Below are positions 25,941 to 39,300 of a stretch of DNA of 64,000 nt, piece by piece. Position numbers and translations under genes: made by a program. This DNA is from Phoronis australis (lineage: Eukaryota > Animalia > Phoronida). Below the pieces are notes generated by a model. The model made no database searches. It worked only from the letters and a program-made list of their open reading frames with translations, and was not told the DNA's origin. The stretch's first letter is position 1. Every line of letters starts with the position of its first letter. The stretch lies in NCBI GenBank assembly GCA_002633005.1, contig NMRA01000363.1, forward strand, positions 119,536 through 183,535, given 5' to 3'.

Positions 25941-26151
25941 TCTGCTTCCAGTAAGTCATGCACTGAACTTTGTTTTACCAAATGACTTCTATTCAGTTCT
26001 GTCGCCAACCCTAATTGTGCCGCTGTCCTGCGCAATAATGCATAAGGGGGTGTTTGCGCGCCAGCAGGAGCCAACTAATAATGAGCCGGTATTGGGAACT
26101 CGAACCACCGCGAATCTGAGTTTGAGTCGAACAATAGTCTCGAGTAGCCTA

Positions 26152-26309
26152 CAGGGCGGATCCAGGATTTTGAGTTGGGGGGTGGGGAGCCAGGGCAGAA
26201 TAATAGCCAGGCTTTTTTGCCCGTCAGATATTCGTACCCTCGAACCGCCTAATGGAATCTGGGAGAAGGGAGGCCATGGCCCCCTTAGCCCCCTCTATAT
26301 CCGCCACTG
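26152..26309. mobile_element. CAG(G/T)GGCGGAT-terminal MITE (same family as 35738-35900)
   Basis: cagggcggatcc...atccgccactg; the interior is the reverse complement of 35738-35900. Confidence 0.8.
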
Positions 26310-29300
26310 GGTACAGATGAGTAATAAATTTTCAAAATCATGACCGTGGTGACTTTGGAAAAATACCTCTGATTTAGTTGAAGTGAAATGGAATCAAGAC
26401 TTGTTTACTCCGCAGATGACTTGGGTGGAGTTAAAAAAGCAATTAAAAATAGTAAAACCTTTAAGTTTGATAACAATATACAACGAGAATTAAAAGAGAA
26501 AAGTCGGTTGCACAGAACGTTTAAAATCTCAATCAAATGACGTACCCATTCTTATGTCAAAGAATAAAGACCAGTCTGTGTTAAGCTGAGGTCGGTTTGC
26601 CAAAAAATCTTCCAAGGCCTGGCAAAACTCATTAAGGCATTTTTGGTCAATCTATTCACGATCATGCATTTCCGTGCCAACCCACGTCAAAATTAGATAA
26701 AGCCTGTTTCTTTTTAAAATTATTTCATGAACCAAAGTCACATTGACAGTGAACCTGTCTCACGAATTTCCGATCATGGAAGTTAAGAGTCACTTTTCAG
26801 CGTAAATTCAATTCAAACGCTACTGTCGCAGATGAAGTCAAAAGACTTCTTGAAAACACTGGTAAATCAAAGAGTTACTCATCAACAGACACACCGTATT
26901 GAAATGTCTAAATTGTTGGAAAATTCATTTACTGTGTCAGTAACTGTATTAGTTTCTAAGACATTTCATTTGATGGAGACGTGGCCGGTTACTGACTATA
27001 CATAATAAAGGACTTGACGCCTGTGTTGTCCAGCTACTTATCAAGTCACACCTGCCCGGCGAAATTTTTTAAAGATTTAGCTAGAATTGAAACCGGGATT
27101 CTAGTCCAAAATAAATGGTTAGGTAGTTGCAGTCTTGTGAGCCGAAACTCGAAATCGACGTTATTATTATTATTGTGATATTTAAAATGAGGGTGGCCTC
27201 TTCAGTGATAGCACTGCTTTCCAAGAGGGCCCTCGACGTTGTCCAGTTTATTTTGAAAGCTATAGTAACAATACTTCAACATCAACAGTTGCATAAAGTG
27301 ACGAAGTCATTGTGTCTGGGGTGTAACATCGGTTTTAACCGTTCACTCTAACGTCATACAAACGCCGCGTCGGTTTTGCAATCACGTGCCCACGACCGTC
27401 TTAACAAAGATCTTTTGTAAAAAGACATGCGTGCACCCAGCCTAAAAAGTGGGGACTCGAATTTTTTAGAATGTGGACCTTTTACTAAGTTTCACGGGGT
27501 ACGTTCAGAGCTATGAATTGTGCATTCGCCAAATTTTGGTAGTTCCTGCCTCTTTAGTGGACTTTTGCGACGTTTTCTACTTTTCAGGAATTTTTGTTTC
27601 TCTGGGGAGGACTATTTGGCCCACTTTGCCAAGAGGCCCCCGAGCCCCCATACATATCACAGCGAGAACTAATTGCAAATGTATATATCTTCCAAGGCAC
27701 CGCACATTGTACAAAGGGTAACTTTCAGTTCAAGGTCACGTGTTCTTTCTCCTATATATTTGCAGGAAGTAAAATGGTAATTCGTATCATGTGCAGAATC
27801 TTCATGGTATTTCGTGTGTTGCATGCAATTAACCACCACTGTAGTGGTAAAATTAGAGGTAAGTAGGCGCCCAAAGCCCACCGTATCACCTCGAGCACTG
27901 AACGTAACTTACTGTGCGTAAGCGCTACGTTCTCAAATACCAAAACTTTAAGGCGGTTGGCTGCGCCTGCGTGCGCGCCTACGCCCCACTGTCACACTAC
28001 AGTTAACACTGTCAGTAATAGGGCATTTCCTCTCAACACACTGCCTAAGTATGAATAACATGAAATGGGCTAATTACCACAGGCAAATTGGTCTCACAAC
28101 TGTCCTTACCAAATAACACATCAAAATGAACTTATAGTTCGTCATATATTGAAATGAACCGGTCAAATGTTGGAAAGCGAACATTGTACAAATTTTTGAC
28201 TTTTTTACCCTGCTTTATTTATCAATGTCGTGGATGATCTGTTTGGAAAAGGAAATCGTTTTCCTTCACCCTATGGAAAGGCCAGAGCAAGACGTGCTTG
28301 CTTTGGTTACACAGTTGATGTATAATTTGCGTTTTATATAGTTCGAAGGAATCGTACCTTTAAGTCAAATTTCACACCACATCTCCGGATGCATAAAAAT
28401 GAAATTAAAAATATAAAACTTTAATCGGACATATACAAAGAAAGAGGAATATGTTTTCAAATTTATCTCTGGCATCCAAGGCGCTTCATACGGCACGAAG
28501 CAGTTCCCTGGAAACGTACAATCTCAGCCCTTGTTTTAATTAACGATTCTGGGGGTCATGACTTCCAAAAGCGATATAACAACTCATACATACGTACACA
28601 ACAATCGTCGTATGGCTGAGAATAACGTGGACATTTCATAAAAGTATTTGTAAACATGAAACTTGCAAAAAGTTAAAATAATTTATTATATATGCCACAT
28701 GGTATACCGGATACTTTGCAAAACTAGACAGCGTCGGAATTTTACAACTTCAGCCCATAAAACTAAAAATCCATTTCTTTTCGACTAGAATCAGTTTCAG
28801 TTCTGGCTAAGTCTCGACGAAATCAAGCCAGGTGTGGCCGAAATTGAGATGAAAGCGCTCTGAGGAGCGAAACTTGGCGAAATTAACCAAAAAGATGACG
28901 ATAAAGATGATGACGAAGATGACGAATATGACGACGATGGTGGCGAGGATGAAGAAAAGAAGAATTGAGACAACTTACTGTAATCCTTCCATAAATAAAA
29001 AATTAAATAGAGGCTAGGCGCATTAACGTCACATTAAACTCCTACAAAAATTCGGTTTATGGGAATAAAAGTTCGCGACTAAACCACCTTATAATTCTGG
29101 GAAAGCTTTGTCGAACTATGTCTAGTTTATTTTTACTGTGCTTATGTGTTTACTTGTTAGGACGTCACTGTACTAACAGTAAATATATATCAACCATTTT
29201 AAATTCCAACCCGAAATCTCCCGTAACTGCTTCTTGTTTGGTTGAGTTATGATTTGACCGGGAACGCTCTGCTGTCGACTTCTTTCGAACAAATGTCTTC

Positions 29301-32300
29301 CATATTTTCGGACTACTTTGCGGTCTAATGCCCAAACGTTTTCAAACGGGAACTTCACCTACTTGCGATTCGGAAGCCGGCCGTTGGTACTACAGCTAGC
29401 CAGCGCTGCGTAGCCAATATAGGCGTATCGTAAAGTCATCTCGACCTATTGCAATAATTTCGAAAGTTTGCAATTCCTTAAAATATACCCACGTGGTCAA
29501 ATACTAACCGAGTTCTAATACCATACAAAATTGTATGCCTAGAATAAATGATAACGAATAAGGAAATCTCCTTTTTTACTGTCACTAAAACTTTTCGCAA
29601 CGGTACCGTTTTTCAACCGAATTACATAAGAGTCATATCATCAGAAAGCCTTTCAACAGCTCTTGGTGATGCACGATCACACCAGAAGCAAAACATCACT
29701 AATTTACTTCATAAATAATCATCATTTTGCGTGCTTAGCAGGTTTGAAAGATATTTTTTAATTCTAAAAACCAAGAGTGTCACCTAACATGATAAATAAT
29801 TGGTATTCAGACAGAGTGTAATAATGAAGCCTTCATTTACTAATTGGGTGGATTAATTAACTAATTGGTCAACTGATTAATTTGTAACTTGAGGGCCTTA
29901 TAGCAACACAAGGAAATGAACCAAATAACAGTACATGAAAGACAGTAGGTAAATATAGTTTCGATGATTCAAAACAGATCGCTACCTGATAAAGACAACT
30001 ATTTTAGAATGTCACATTTTAACCCGTGGATGGGTGGGTGCTACCTTCGGTGCGATGACAGCACGGTTATTAGACTAATATTTTCAAGGCTTGAATCAAC
30101 TTAAGTCGTAGAAGTACGGCCTACCATTGTTCACACTGATTCCACATGTCCCTTATATATTCCAGCCAATGCTGCGAAGCCTTGGCTTGTGACGAATTCC
30201 TGAATCACTTTCAGCAACGATTCCGCTCGCTGATTGACCCGGCTGCTGTGCCTGACATCTAACACGTCCGCCACAAGCCATGTCCCGTAAATGTCCTTAA
30301 AACCTTTTAACAGCAATGTTAACTCAGCTTTAAACTTCATCAGGAGAAATCAAGGTAGTCCAGCAATTCCTCTGACGCCTTGAACGCTCTGCGGAAGGTG
30401 CTAGGTCCAGGACGAGCTTCAGGATGTCGTCTTTCCGTCGCCACTCCAAATCTTGTTTCCTTCGGTCACATAAGCAATCCATTCATTTTACTGGACGGCT
30501 GCACGAAGTTGACTTCCACAGGCAAGTCGACATCATCTGTGTCCACGGCTTGTCCGAGATATCAGCGACCTTCATGTTTAAAAACAAAATCGCCTTGCTT
30601 CACTTGCATCTTGACTTCTTTGGTCTCAGCTAACACTCTATTGTTTTCTTGTCTTCCAACTTTTTGTACTTCTGTCACTGAGTTCTGACACTGGTACGAA
30701 AGACCCGTAACTCGTTCAGTTTCTGTTCTAACCCATTCGTCACCAAGTTGTGCCTTTTTACGGGCTCCGTAGACTATTTCACCCGCTGCGACTTGAATTT
30801 TGCCATTCTGCAACGCAAACCAAGGTGACAAACTCTAATTAATAGGTATTAAATAAAATGAAAAGATGTCATCACTATTTTTGCCGGGTAAGCTTCTTTA
30901 AGTTACGTATCGTCACAGATTAATAATTCAATTACTACTTAAAATGAATTTAATTTGGGTGAAAATAAAACAAAATGATCACCGAATGTCATTTACGTGA
31001 CATTTTTTACAAGAACTTATCAAGACCAACGTCAAGCAAATTCTAATCAAAGTATGTTTCACAGGAAGCATTTCGTCACTTCTTTTAGTACGTCAATAAC
31101 AACACTAAAACATGCGAATTATAAAAGTGGATTACAGAAAACTTACCCAAAAGTTCTGCTGACTCCTTTAACGAGTATTTTCAGACAGTATCAATGTCGG
31201 CTGAAGCGCACGTGCTCGTTCTTGAAAAATTGACCTATATTCATGCCACATATGTCAATAATAAGAGAAATTAATTGGACTTGACCTAATTATAAAATTG
31301 TCGTCCCGTAAATGAAGGCTCGTAAATGATAAGCAACTAATTTCAAATGCCAAAATTTTTCCTACTGAATATCCGCCAAAAACTTTCAAAACTGTGCATT
31401 GATTTCGCACATCGCCATAGCTTTGTAGAGTTATTTAGTTTCCACATCTTCATTTTAATCAACGCACTATTGTTGAGTTTATGCACGTCTCGTAAATGAT
31501 TCCAAAAAAAAAAATTCCAGCGCGCTTCTTGAAAAGCAGTGCCACACAGCCACTTTCAGATGAGGTGAAGATTTGAAAAAATAATGCCATCGCCGTTTTT
31601 TTGTGTACTACAAATTACTAAAATATCTCTTGTGAGGTCTCGTAAACGATTTGAGAGATTTGGCTTCAAACATGGTGGTAATTAAAATTTATTGTTTGTT
31701 TATGAAAACCGTTGGCTTTCTCTTTGAATATGTCTCACTGAGTTTCCGAAACGCAATTATTTGTTTCGATAAGACAAGTTATTATAACAAAAAAGAGTCT
31801 GTTTCTACATTGTCGTTTTTTCAGATTCACGTAATTTTCGTTATGGAACCCTAAGATACGTGGTGCATTGTGACACCTACCATGTAAACTGTTGACTGTC
31901 ATGAGACTCAGCACACTCATTAGACATATTTTTCTTTTTGTTTCATGACTTCGGACATTCTGTGTAGTGAGCTGAACATTGACTTCATCATTTGTCGCGA
32001 TTCATTGAGAATGAATGTTGAGTGCCGGGGAAATCGGACGCACTAGCTTCGGCGTCATGATTTCGCGGGAATGCGATAAAAATAAAAACAGTGTGACATA
32101 TAGGAGCGTATCTGTTCGAAAAAAAACCCAGTAAACTGACATCCCCTTTACTTAAGTGTAAAAACAGGGTTCCCGACAACAATACCCGAATACCCAAGCT
32201 GGGCTTAATTATTTTAACAGGTAGACGAAGTAGTTGTTATCCACAGGTGGCGCAATGATAGACGACATTCTAACATGGCGTGATAGTCGAGCCCAAAAGT

Positions 32301-32762
32301 TATACCTATTGGAAGTTAAGACAAAGATTTTGTAGTTACCATATAGTGTCTTTGGTTAAGAGAAGTTACGACACAGCAAGATTGGATATCTCGGTTGTAT
32401 GTTATCTGTTAGCTATAACTCTACGACATATGTGAGTAAATATGCATATATGCCTAAATTACAGAAAAATCCAGGACAGTATTTTACACGACGTGTCACA
32501 CTGAGGTCAATATGTCTAGCCAAAGTCACGTGCTGCATTAGGCACATTAATATTCACGGAATCTCGACAGATCTTGCTTTTAGCGAGGTGCTAGCGGCAT
32601 TGAACTCGATGTGCATGAAAATCATTTGTAACATGTCTGTTAGGGCGAGCAAAGGAAATTGCAAGTTTTATCAGCAACACTTGCAAAGAGTCTAAATGAG
32701 CAGCTTTAGAAATTCTACGGTGGCTGTAAAAGGACGGCACGGCAACTTTTTTTCACCGTTGC

Positions 32763-32898
32763 TATCTCTATTGATAGAATTATTAACTCTAGTGATAGAC
32801 TTACTAACTCTATCGTTAGACTTAGTAACTCTATTGATAGACTTACTATGTGTATCGATATAGACTTACTAAATCTGTCGATAGATTTACTATCTCTA
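32763..32898. repeat. ~21-bp minisatellite (ctctattgatagacttactaa)
   Basis: About 6 imperfect tandem copies. Confidence 0.8.
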
Positions 32899-35737
32899 CT
32901 CTCATCTCAGTTCCGATTAGCCCGATTATTTACTTATTTCAGACTTGTGTCTATACGGAGCTTATTCGGGTCTCTACATTTATTAATTTTTGAAGCATTT
33001 TCTGCTCGCCACGATTATTTGGTTCTGAAATTCGGAGTATTACTAGGCTACTTAATTCACAATTTTATTTCATTGGATGTTACACAAAAACTTCGTTGTT
33101 GACACCGGGTATCGTGCCCCTGCTGCACCTTCTGATTAGAGCACTCAGTCTTAACGTCTAGACCTCGAGAAACTCGATCATGCAGTTTGGGTTTGTATAG
33201 AAAGGCTACATATCACTCCACGCTACACATGGAAGTCATGCACATATATATGTCATCCGCATTAAAAAAGATTTTATTTGCTACAAGTATGTTTCAAAGG
33301 TTAAAACAATCGGACTGACCCAAGCAAGGGTTTACACAGCGGCCGACTTTTGGACGGCAAGTATGTTATTTCAGACGGGTTCAATGGGAGGGTCAGAATT
33401 AAAAAAGACCAGCAAAACTTTAAAAAAGCTTCTTGAAATGATGATCCGGCCACTTTCTGGATATTATCTCAGTGCTGGTCAGCCGTCGCTCAAGTAAATA
33501 GGCCATCAGTCATTTTAGAAATAAGAAATTAAGTGCACAGAAAGTGCCTTCTTAGCGCATTTTTCAATATTCCGCGCACCTCCAGACGGTGCAACCGGCA
33601 ACCCAATTTATACCTGATGAATGGAACGCTTTTGACAACTTTTATTCAGTTGGTTGTTACTTGTGCATTTCTCATTTAGACGAACACTTTTGGTTAGTTT
33701 TGGTGCATTTCTCATTGTCACTATAGCCAATTGAATTGGAACTCATCTCACTGGGTTTCTTTGGCTGATCCAATATTTATGATTACACCCTGTGAAAAAC
33801 TGGCAAGCAGTTACAATTCTTCACTGTATCTGTGCACGAGGTTTGCAGTTTGGGGGGGAGTAATTCCGGGATTTTGCAGCCAGTATTGTCTGCGGTTTCT
33901 CATCGTGATTGACATGCGCGTTCTACATACTTAGTCATGTCGTCTGCAGCACAAAGGCCTAAAAAGGATTCTAGGATTGTTTAAGAAGAGTCTCCAGGTA
34001 CAGATGTTGACTCAGGTGCACACAAATAATCCAGATACAGATCCGGATTGTGGTGACAACGCGGCCAGTCAACGAAAATGCAAATACCAGTGCAATGAAT
34101 GGTGAATCTTTCAGTACCAACTAGTTACCCAGAGACAACATCGGACATCGGCATTTTTGCAATTCGCTCCGAACTTAAAGAATAGATAGTTTTTAACAGG
34201 AAAAATGGATTTGTGACAATCCTGAAAATGGCATAGTTGCTAACATTCGACTTTCCAGTCTTTATAGACATTGTTTTCTGCTTGCTCTCGGCAATCATTT
34301 TTTCACTCAGGGTGCACACTTTTGTTTCAGAAATGGCATTTTATGAAGTTTTTAATTTCAGCTTTGAAACTTCTTTTATTAGATTTAACATGACATATGG
34401 AATATCAGGTTAAATTTTTGTGAAGTATCCTCATTTAGTTTTTAAGATTTGGCCTGTTGAAATAACAAAAATAAGAAATGTGGGCTACGGAGAATACATC
34501 ATTGGTATCGTTACCTTGGAGAGATTATTTGTTCCCATTTCCTCGGTACATGCACCTAGATACAATTTTTTTTCAAACCATGTACCAACAATTCAAAGTT
34601 GGGGGCTACGGAGAATACAGGCTGCTACGGAGAATACGAAAGACATTTTTGCTTATGATCAATTCAAATCCAGGGCTTGGTCTAATAATTTTTGTGGGCC
34701 AAAAATAGCTTCAAGATTCCCAATGTGCAGTATCAAAAATCTTTTATTAATGGAAGAATTTAATGGAATTCAGACATGGCTACGGAGAATACACAGTTTT
34801 TCTTAGGTGATTGTGATATTTAATTGGTTGAGGAATCCAATCACTAGGACATGGTTCAAATATGTGGTTTCTAACTCAAATTCTATATACCATCAACCCT
34901 TAAAAAACAGTTCAAAACACTAGTAATGCTTTTCTTTTTCAGCCATAGACCCAATTCACGCGGCGGACATTAAAATCCAAAGCGAGGCTCACTGTGATAA
35001 ACAAAGCGGAAATTTACATTGCATGAGTTAAATGCCCAGTCTGTGGAGTCCAACCTGAATATTAAATCTTAAAAATGTGTCTAATGATTAACCTCAGAAA
35101 CGCAGAAAAATACAGTTAAAGAACAAGTCAATGCACCAAAGAATTGTCTGGCAAAAGGATATAAGCTTTTTTCCGGAAAACTAGGTTCGAAACATGAAAA
35201 GTAAACAGACCAAATTGCGACAATCGTAGTGTTACAGATTAGGTATCATGCTGAATGCAGGGTTACATTTCTTCTAATAAATTCTTGATAAAAATGCTTT
35301 CTACACGAACCAGGTCATCTGGTCGTATTGTTGACGAGTTGAAGATATATTCGACAGTGGTGGCTCATAACATTTTACTGTCATGTGCAATTAGTCATTT
35401 GTTGATCAAGATTAGGCCTAATAGCTTCAAGCATAGCCCATGTCCTGTGAGGTAGGCGCTACCGGTACTAACAGTCGATTTGCCATTGATCTGAAATAAT
35501 ACTTGATGTTATTAAATATATATTTTGATTACAATAAAACCAGGCTCGCAATTGAAAATAAGAATTATATGACCATCAATTCTGCTTTCCTGGTTTTAAT
35601 AGTTACGTCTATTTCATGTGTTATATTTTTCAAACATCAATCTTGACCAAGTTGAATTTTAAAATTAAAACACCTAATTCTTTCGTCCAAAGCATAACCT
35701 CGTTTAAGAGCTCAATTTCAGTTAACTGAACAGAACA

Positions 35738-35900
35738 CAGTGGCGGATTTAGAGGGGATCGAGCCAAGGGGGCCATGCTCCTCCCGCCCAAAATTCTCCC
35801 AGATTCCATTTGGCAGTTCAGGATCGCGAATGTCTGATGGCAAAATCCTGGCTAATACTCTGCCTTGGCCCCCCCAACTCAAAGTCCTGGATCCCCCCTG
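35738..35900. mobile_element. CAG-terminal MITE with 5-bp TSD GAACA
   Basis: cagtggcggat...atcccccctg flanked by gaaca at 35733-35737 and 35901-35905. Confidence 0.8.
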
Positions 35901-36092
35901 GAACAAGCATAGTTATCATGTTTCTTCAGAGGTCTCATTCATATCCGAGGGGAAAGGTGCCTGTACGGCCTTCTGATATTGGAACGTTTCGCCGAGTGAT
36001 GGGTCAGTGAAAAATCTACTGACCTCCCGATCACCATCAATAGCACCCCGCCCTGTTGCAAGCTCTCATAGCTCTGTCTTAAGTAGCATTTT

Positions 36093-36394
36093 CAGTGGCT
36101 GATCTAGGATACCATGAGGGAGAGGGCGACATTCTGGGAGAAGCGGGCAAAGCGCGATTGTATGTACTACGTAGGCGGCCCGGAAGTTGCGGGCGCTGAG
36201 GATGTATACCTTCTGCTTAGGAAATCTGTCGTTGGACTAAAAAAAACGGAACGTGTTTCCCCACTCGTCTGCTACCGGTCCTAGCTTGAACTCGGTATAG
36301 TCCTCCCGCTTCACGTTTTGCTGGTTTATTTTGCTTGCGGCAGTCAAGGAGGGGGGGGGGGCAGGGGCCCGGGCCCCCCCTAAATCCGCCTATG
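36093..36394. mobile_element. CAG-terminal MITE with 5-bp TSD ATTTT inserted in another element
   Basis: cagtggctgatctag...taaatccgcctatg flanked by atttt; the empty site is visible in the 10360-10385 copy. Confidence 0.75.
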
Positions 36395-39300
36395 ATTTTG
36401 TACTTTTTCAAATTGCCGCCTCTGAGGTCACACGGGTGATTTGAACCGTTGGAGAGAAATTTTCAATCACTAAGATAATTTTTAGGCCTTGTGGGGCTGG
36501 GAATATCACGTGAATTTTCAATATTTTTGAGAGGGGAATAGGGCCGATATTTGGCCCCGAAATTGAGGGATTGAGGGCCCTGTCCTTTTTGTAAAGAAAA
36601 ATGCATCGCGCTTCAACCCAAAGTTATGAAAACACAGCCTGGCTGGCCGAAGATGCTCCGGTCCTTGTTGCTATGGCAGCATCCGAGATGTGACAAATTG
36701 TGATTCGAAAACAGTTATAAATTTTACATGGACATATTTTCCTTCGTCGCGGCGTATGGCAAGGACCCAACGCTTCCGAATCCCAACGTCCTTAGGGATT
36801 GTAAAACAGACAGTTGAGTGTCCGTATTTTTTCTACGCAACGCGGAGTACAGCTACGCAGATAAGCCACCAGAGCTATCATAGGGAGCCTCGTTTAAAAT
36901 GAAACGCTCCTCTTGTCGGCGTGAATCTAAGGGTCTATGGCTGTAAGAGAAGGAGCACATGCAAATTTACATGTTTTGCATAACATTGACATCATTTTGC
37001 AAGTTTGCCTGAATATTGTGTTTGACTTTTCAGATCCCTGCAATTTTCTGAAGACAAACAAGAAATACATGTTAGAATCATGAAAAACATTAAATTTGAA
37101 TTAAGTGTGTGATTTAATTACATGACATGTGTATTAAAAACATGTAATGTTTCAATGAAACAAAATAAAGATGGATTTCTGGCTATTTTCAGCGATATCA
37201 AGGATTACTTTGGCCATAATTAACATTTTTTCATACTTTAAAAGGCGTAAATGTCATAAGTACCGGTGCTAAAACAAGATCATCATACAAATATATGCCA
37301 AAGGTGAATGAATTCTGTCAATATGATTGCATAACATAAAAAAACCTAAATTTGCACCCTGAGTGAAAAATGCCGTCTCCCGTCCAAGCAAATGGAAACA
37401 TACTAGAATCGCTTTGTTGACTGTACCTAATCAGATGTTCAAGATTTGGTTGACGAAGTCATGGACTTGTTAGGCAACACGTAGCGTCTTGGTTGGCCGT
37501 TTAGGAGCTACAATACGATCCCAAAGCTTTATGTACAAATTTTGTCCTGTGTATTTTAAACGGGCTGTTGGCCAAATTCCTCCACCAATTAGGAATTTTC
37601 ACCTCGTAAAAAATACATTCCACACTTAAAACTATCACTAAGAAAGCGCTTACTTTCTTCAGTGGTCCTTTATAGTTCTACACATATCTTCAATGAAACA
37701 TAGTTACTAGAATAAAAGTGACTTTGGCGAAGAATTCCAACTCCACTTTTTTGGTCACCGTTAACTTTTTCACTACGCGCACGATAACCACAAAGTATAT
37801 TTCAACGGAGTCACGTGAGTTAGGCAAAGGGTAGCGCGAGACTGAGCAAATCGCATGACGCTGGCGTGTGACACTTGCAAAATAGCATGAGAAGGTTTCA
37901 GGTGAAATTCGTAAGATTTGTGTCCCTTGGATTTTTATTCGTCAACATGCGTGATTTCACGTAACTTCCTCAAAATGTGGCACCCGGTAAGAGAAACTCG
38001 AGCAAACTACGACAGATTTGTATCGATTTGTTCAAATTATCTTGACTGAATCATCTCCCGACTTATGGTATATGTTAATTATAACTGCATATGCGTATAT
38101 GCATGTTTCATTTGATTTTTCCTGCATTTTGAAATTCGTAACTTTTTGTGAGGATGTAGTACTGCCCCTGTATGCCTGCGGCATCCAGGGCGATGTAATT
38201 GCCTATGGATGCTGTGCAATTTCTTCGAGAATTCTGATCATGTAAAATTTTGGATTTACCAACTTTTTGACGTCGAATTCAGACTAACATTACGAGGGTA
38301 TTGACTATGAACGTTGTGCAAGACATAAGATTGAGTGAAAACATAGGCTCGAGTGTTTAGGAACATGTATGATGAAAATGCGACTCGCTTTACCAAGACT
38401 CTTGTTCGTACTTCAGGAACATAACATCACGTGTTTTGTACAAATACGTGCACTCCGCAGATCACATCTCGGATATTTCCAATTTGACAGATGACAATGA
38501 ATGAGCACAATGAAATTAAACAACGTCGTTTTACAGCTTGTATGATTCATAATAAACGTATTTTGAATATTGCAATGCATGTGTTCCAAAATCTAAATAA
38601 CTTGGGTCCCATATTTTTGTATTCGTGCGCGCCGAATGAAAGTAGTCGTGAGTGTTGCTGTGTTGCAAAATCTCTTATCTTGGACCGATTTGAAAAAGTC
38701 ACAAAGTTGTACTCATATTTGTTTTCGCTCCTCTTTTCAAATATTACAGTAAAAATTACGTAAAACTCTCTCCATAAAAAGTACAGTCTGCTACGCTAGA
38801 TTGTAATCAGCTAATCATATCCGCATGAGCAAAGCCAATTATCCTCGCTCGTGACTGGATGAATAGAGCAGCTTCGCGGCATCCCTTTGATCGTGAGCTG
38901 AGCGCGACTCAGCCAAGGTGGATAAATACGGTCTACATGTAGTTCAATCTGCCAAACCCCATCGTTAACCTTGATAGGCAGGGTTTGGGCCAATCTTATT
39001 TAGTGGGAATGTTTATAGCATGTTACTTTGAAATTATAAGTGTAAATTAAATTATTAACAGATACAAAATTCAAAACAAAGGAAACCGCTTTACCGCATA
39101 GTAATACTAAAAGTTACTTCAAATTCGACAGATCTGACCAAAGCAACCTCAGCTAAAACTTCACCAATATTTACGGAGAGAGAGCACATACGAAGGTCAA
39201 AATTTTATAAAGATTTTGAATCTTCTATTAGTTCAAATTCATCAGAAAGCGCAAGAATGAAAACAGACGTGTTGTTTCGTTAGTCAACTCTTATATAATA

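Larger units (their letters stand above)
34298..37370. mobile_element. ~3.07-kb TIR-bounded composite with nested insertions
   Basis: tttttcactcagggtgca (34299-34316) / tgcaccctgagtgaaaaa (37353-37370); inner pair cagccatagaccc (~34940) / gggtctatggctg (~36943). Confidence 0.6.

Noticed and set aside
34420-34806. 128-aa ORF
   Set aside because: It has a non-ATG start, lies in a repeat-bearing transposon end and shows no recognisable domain.
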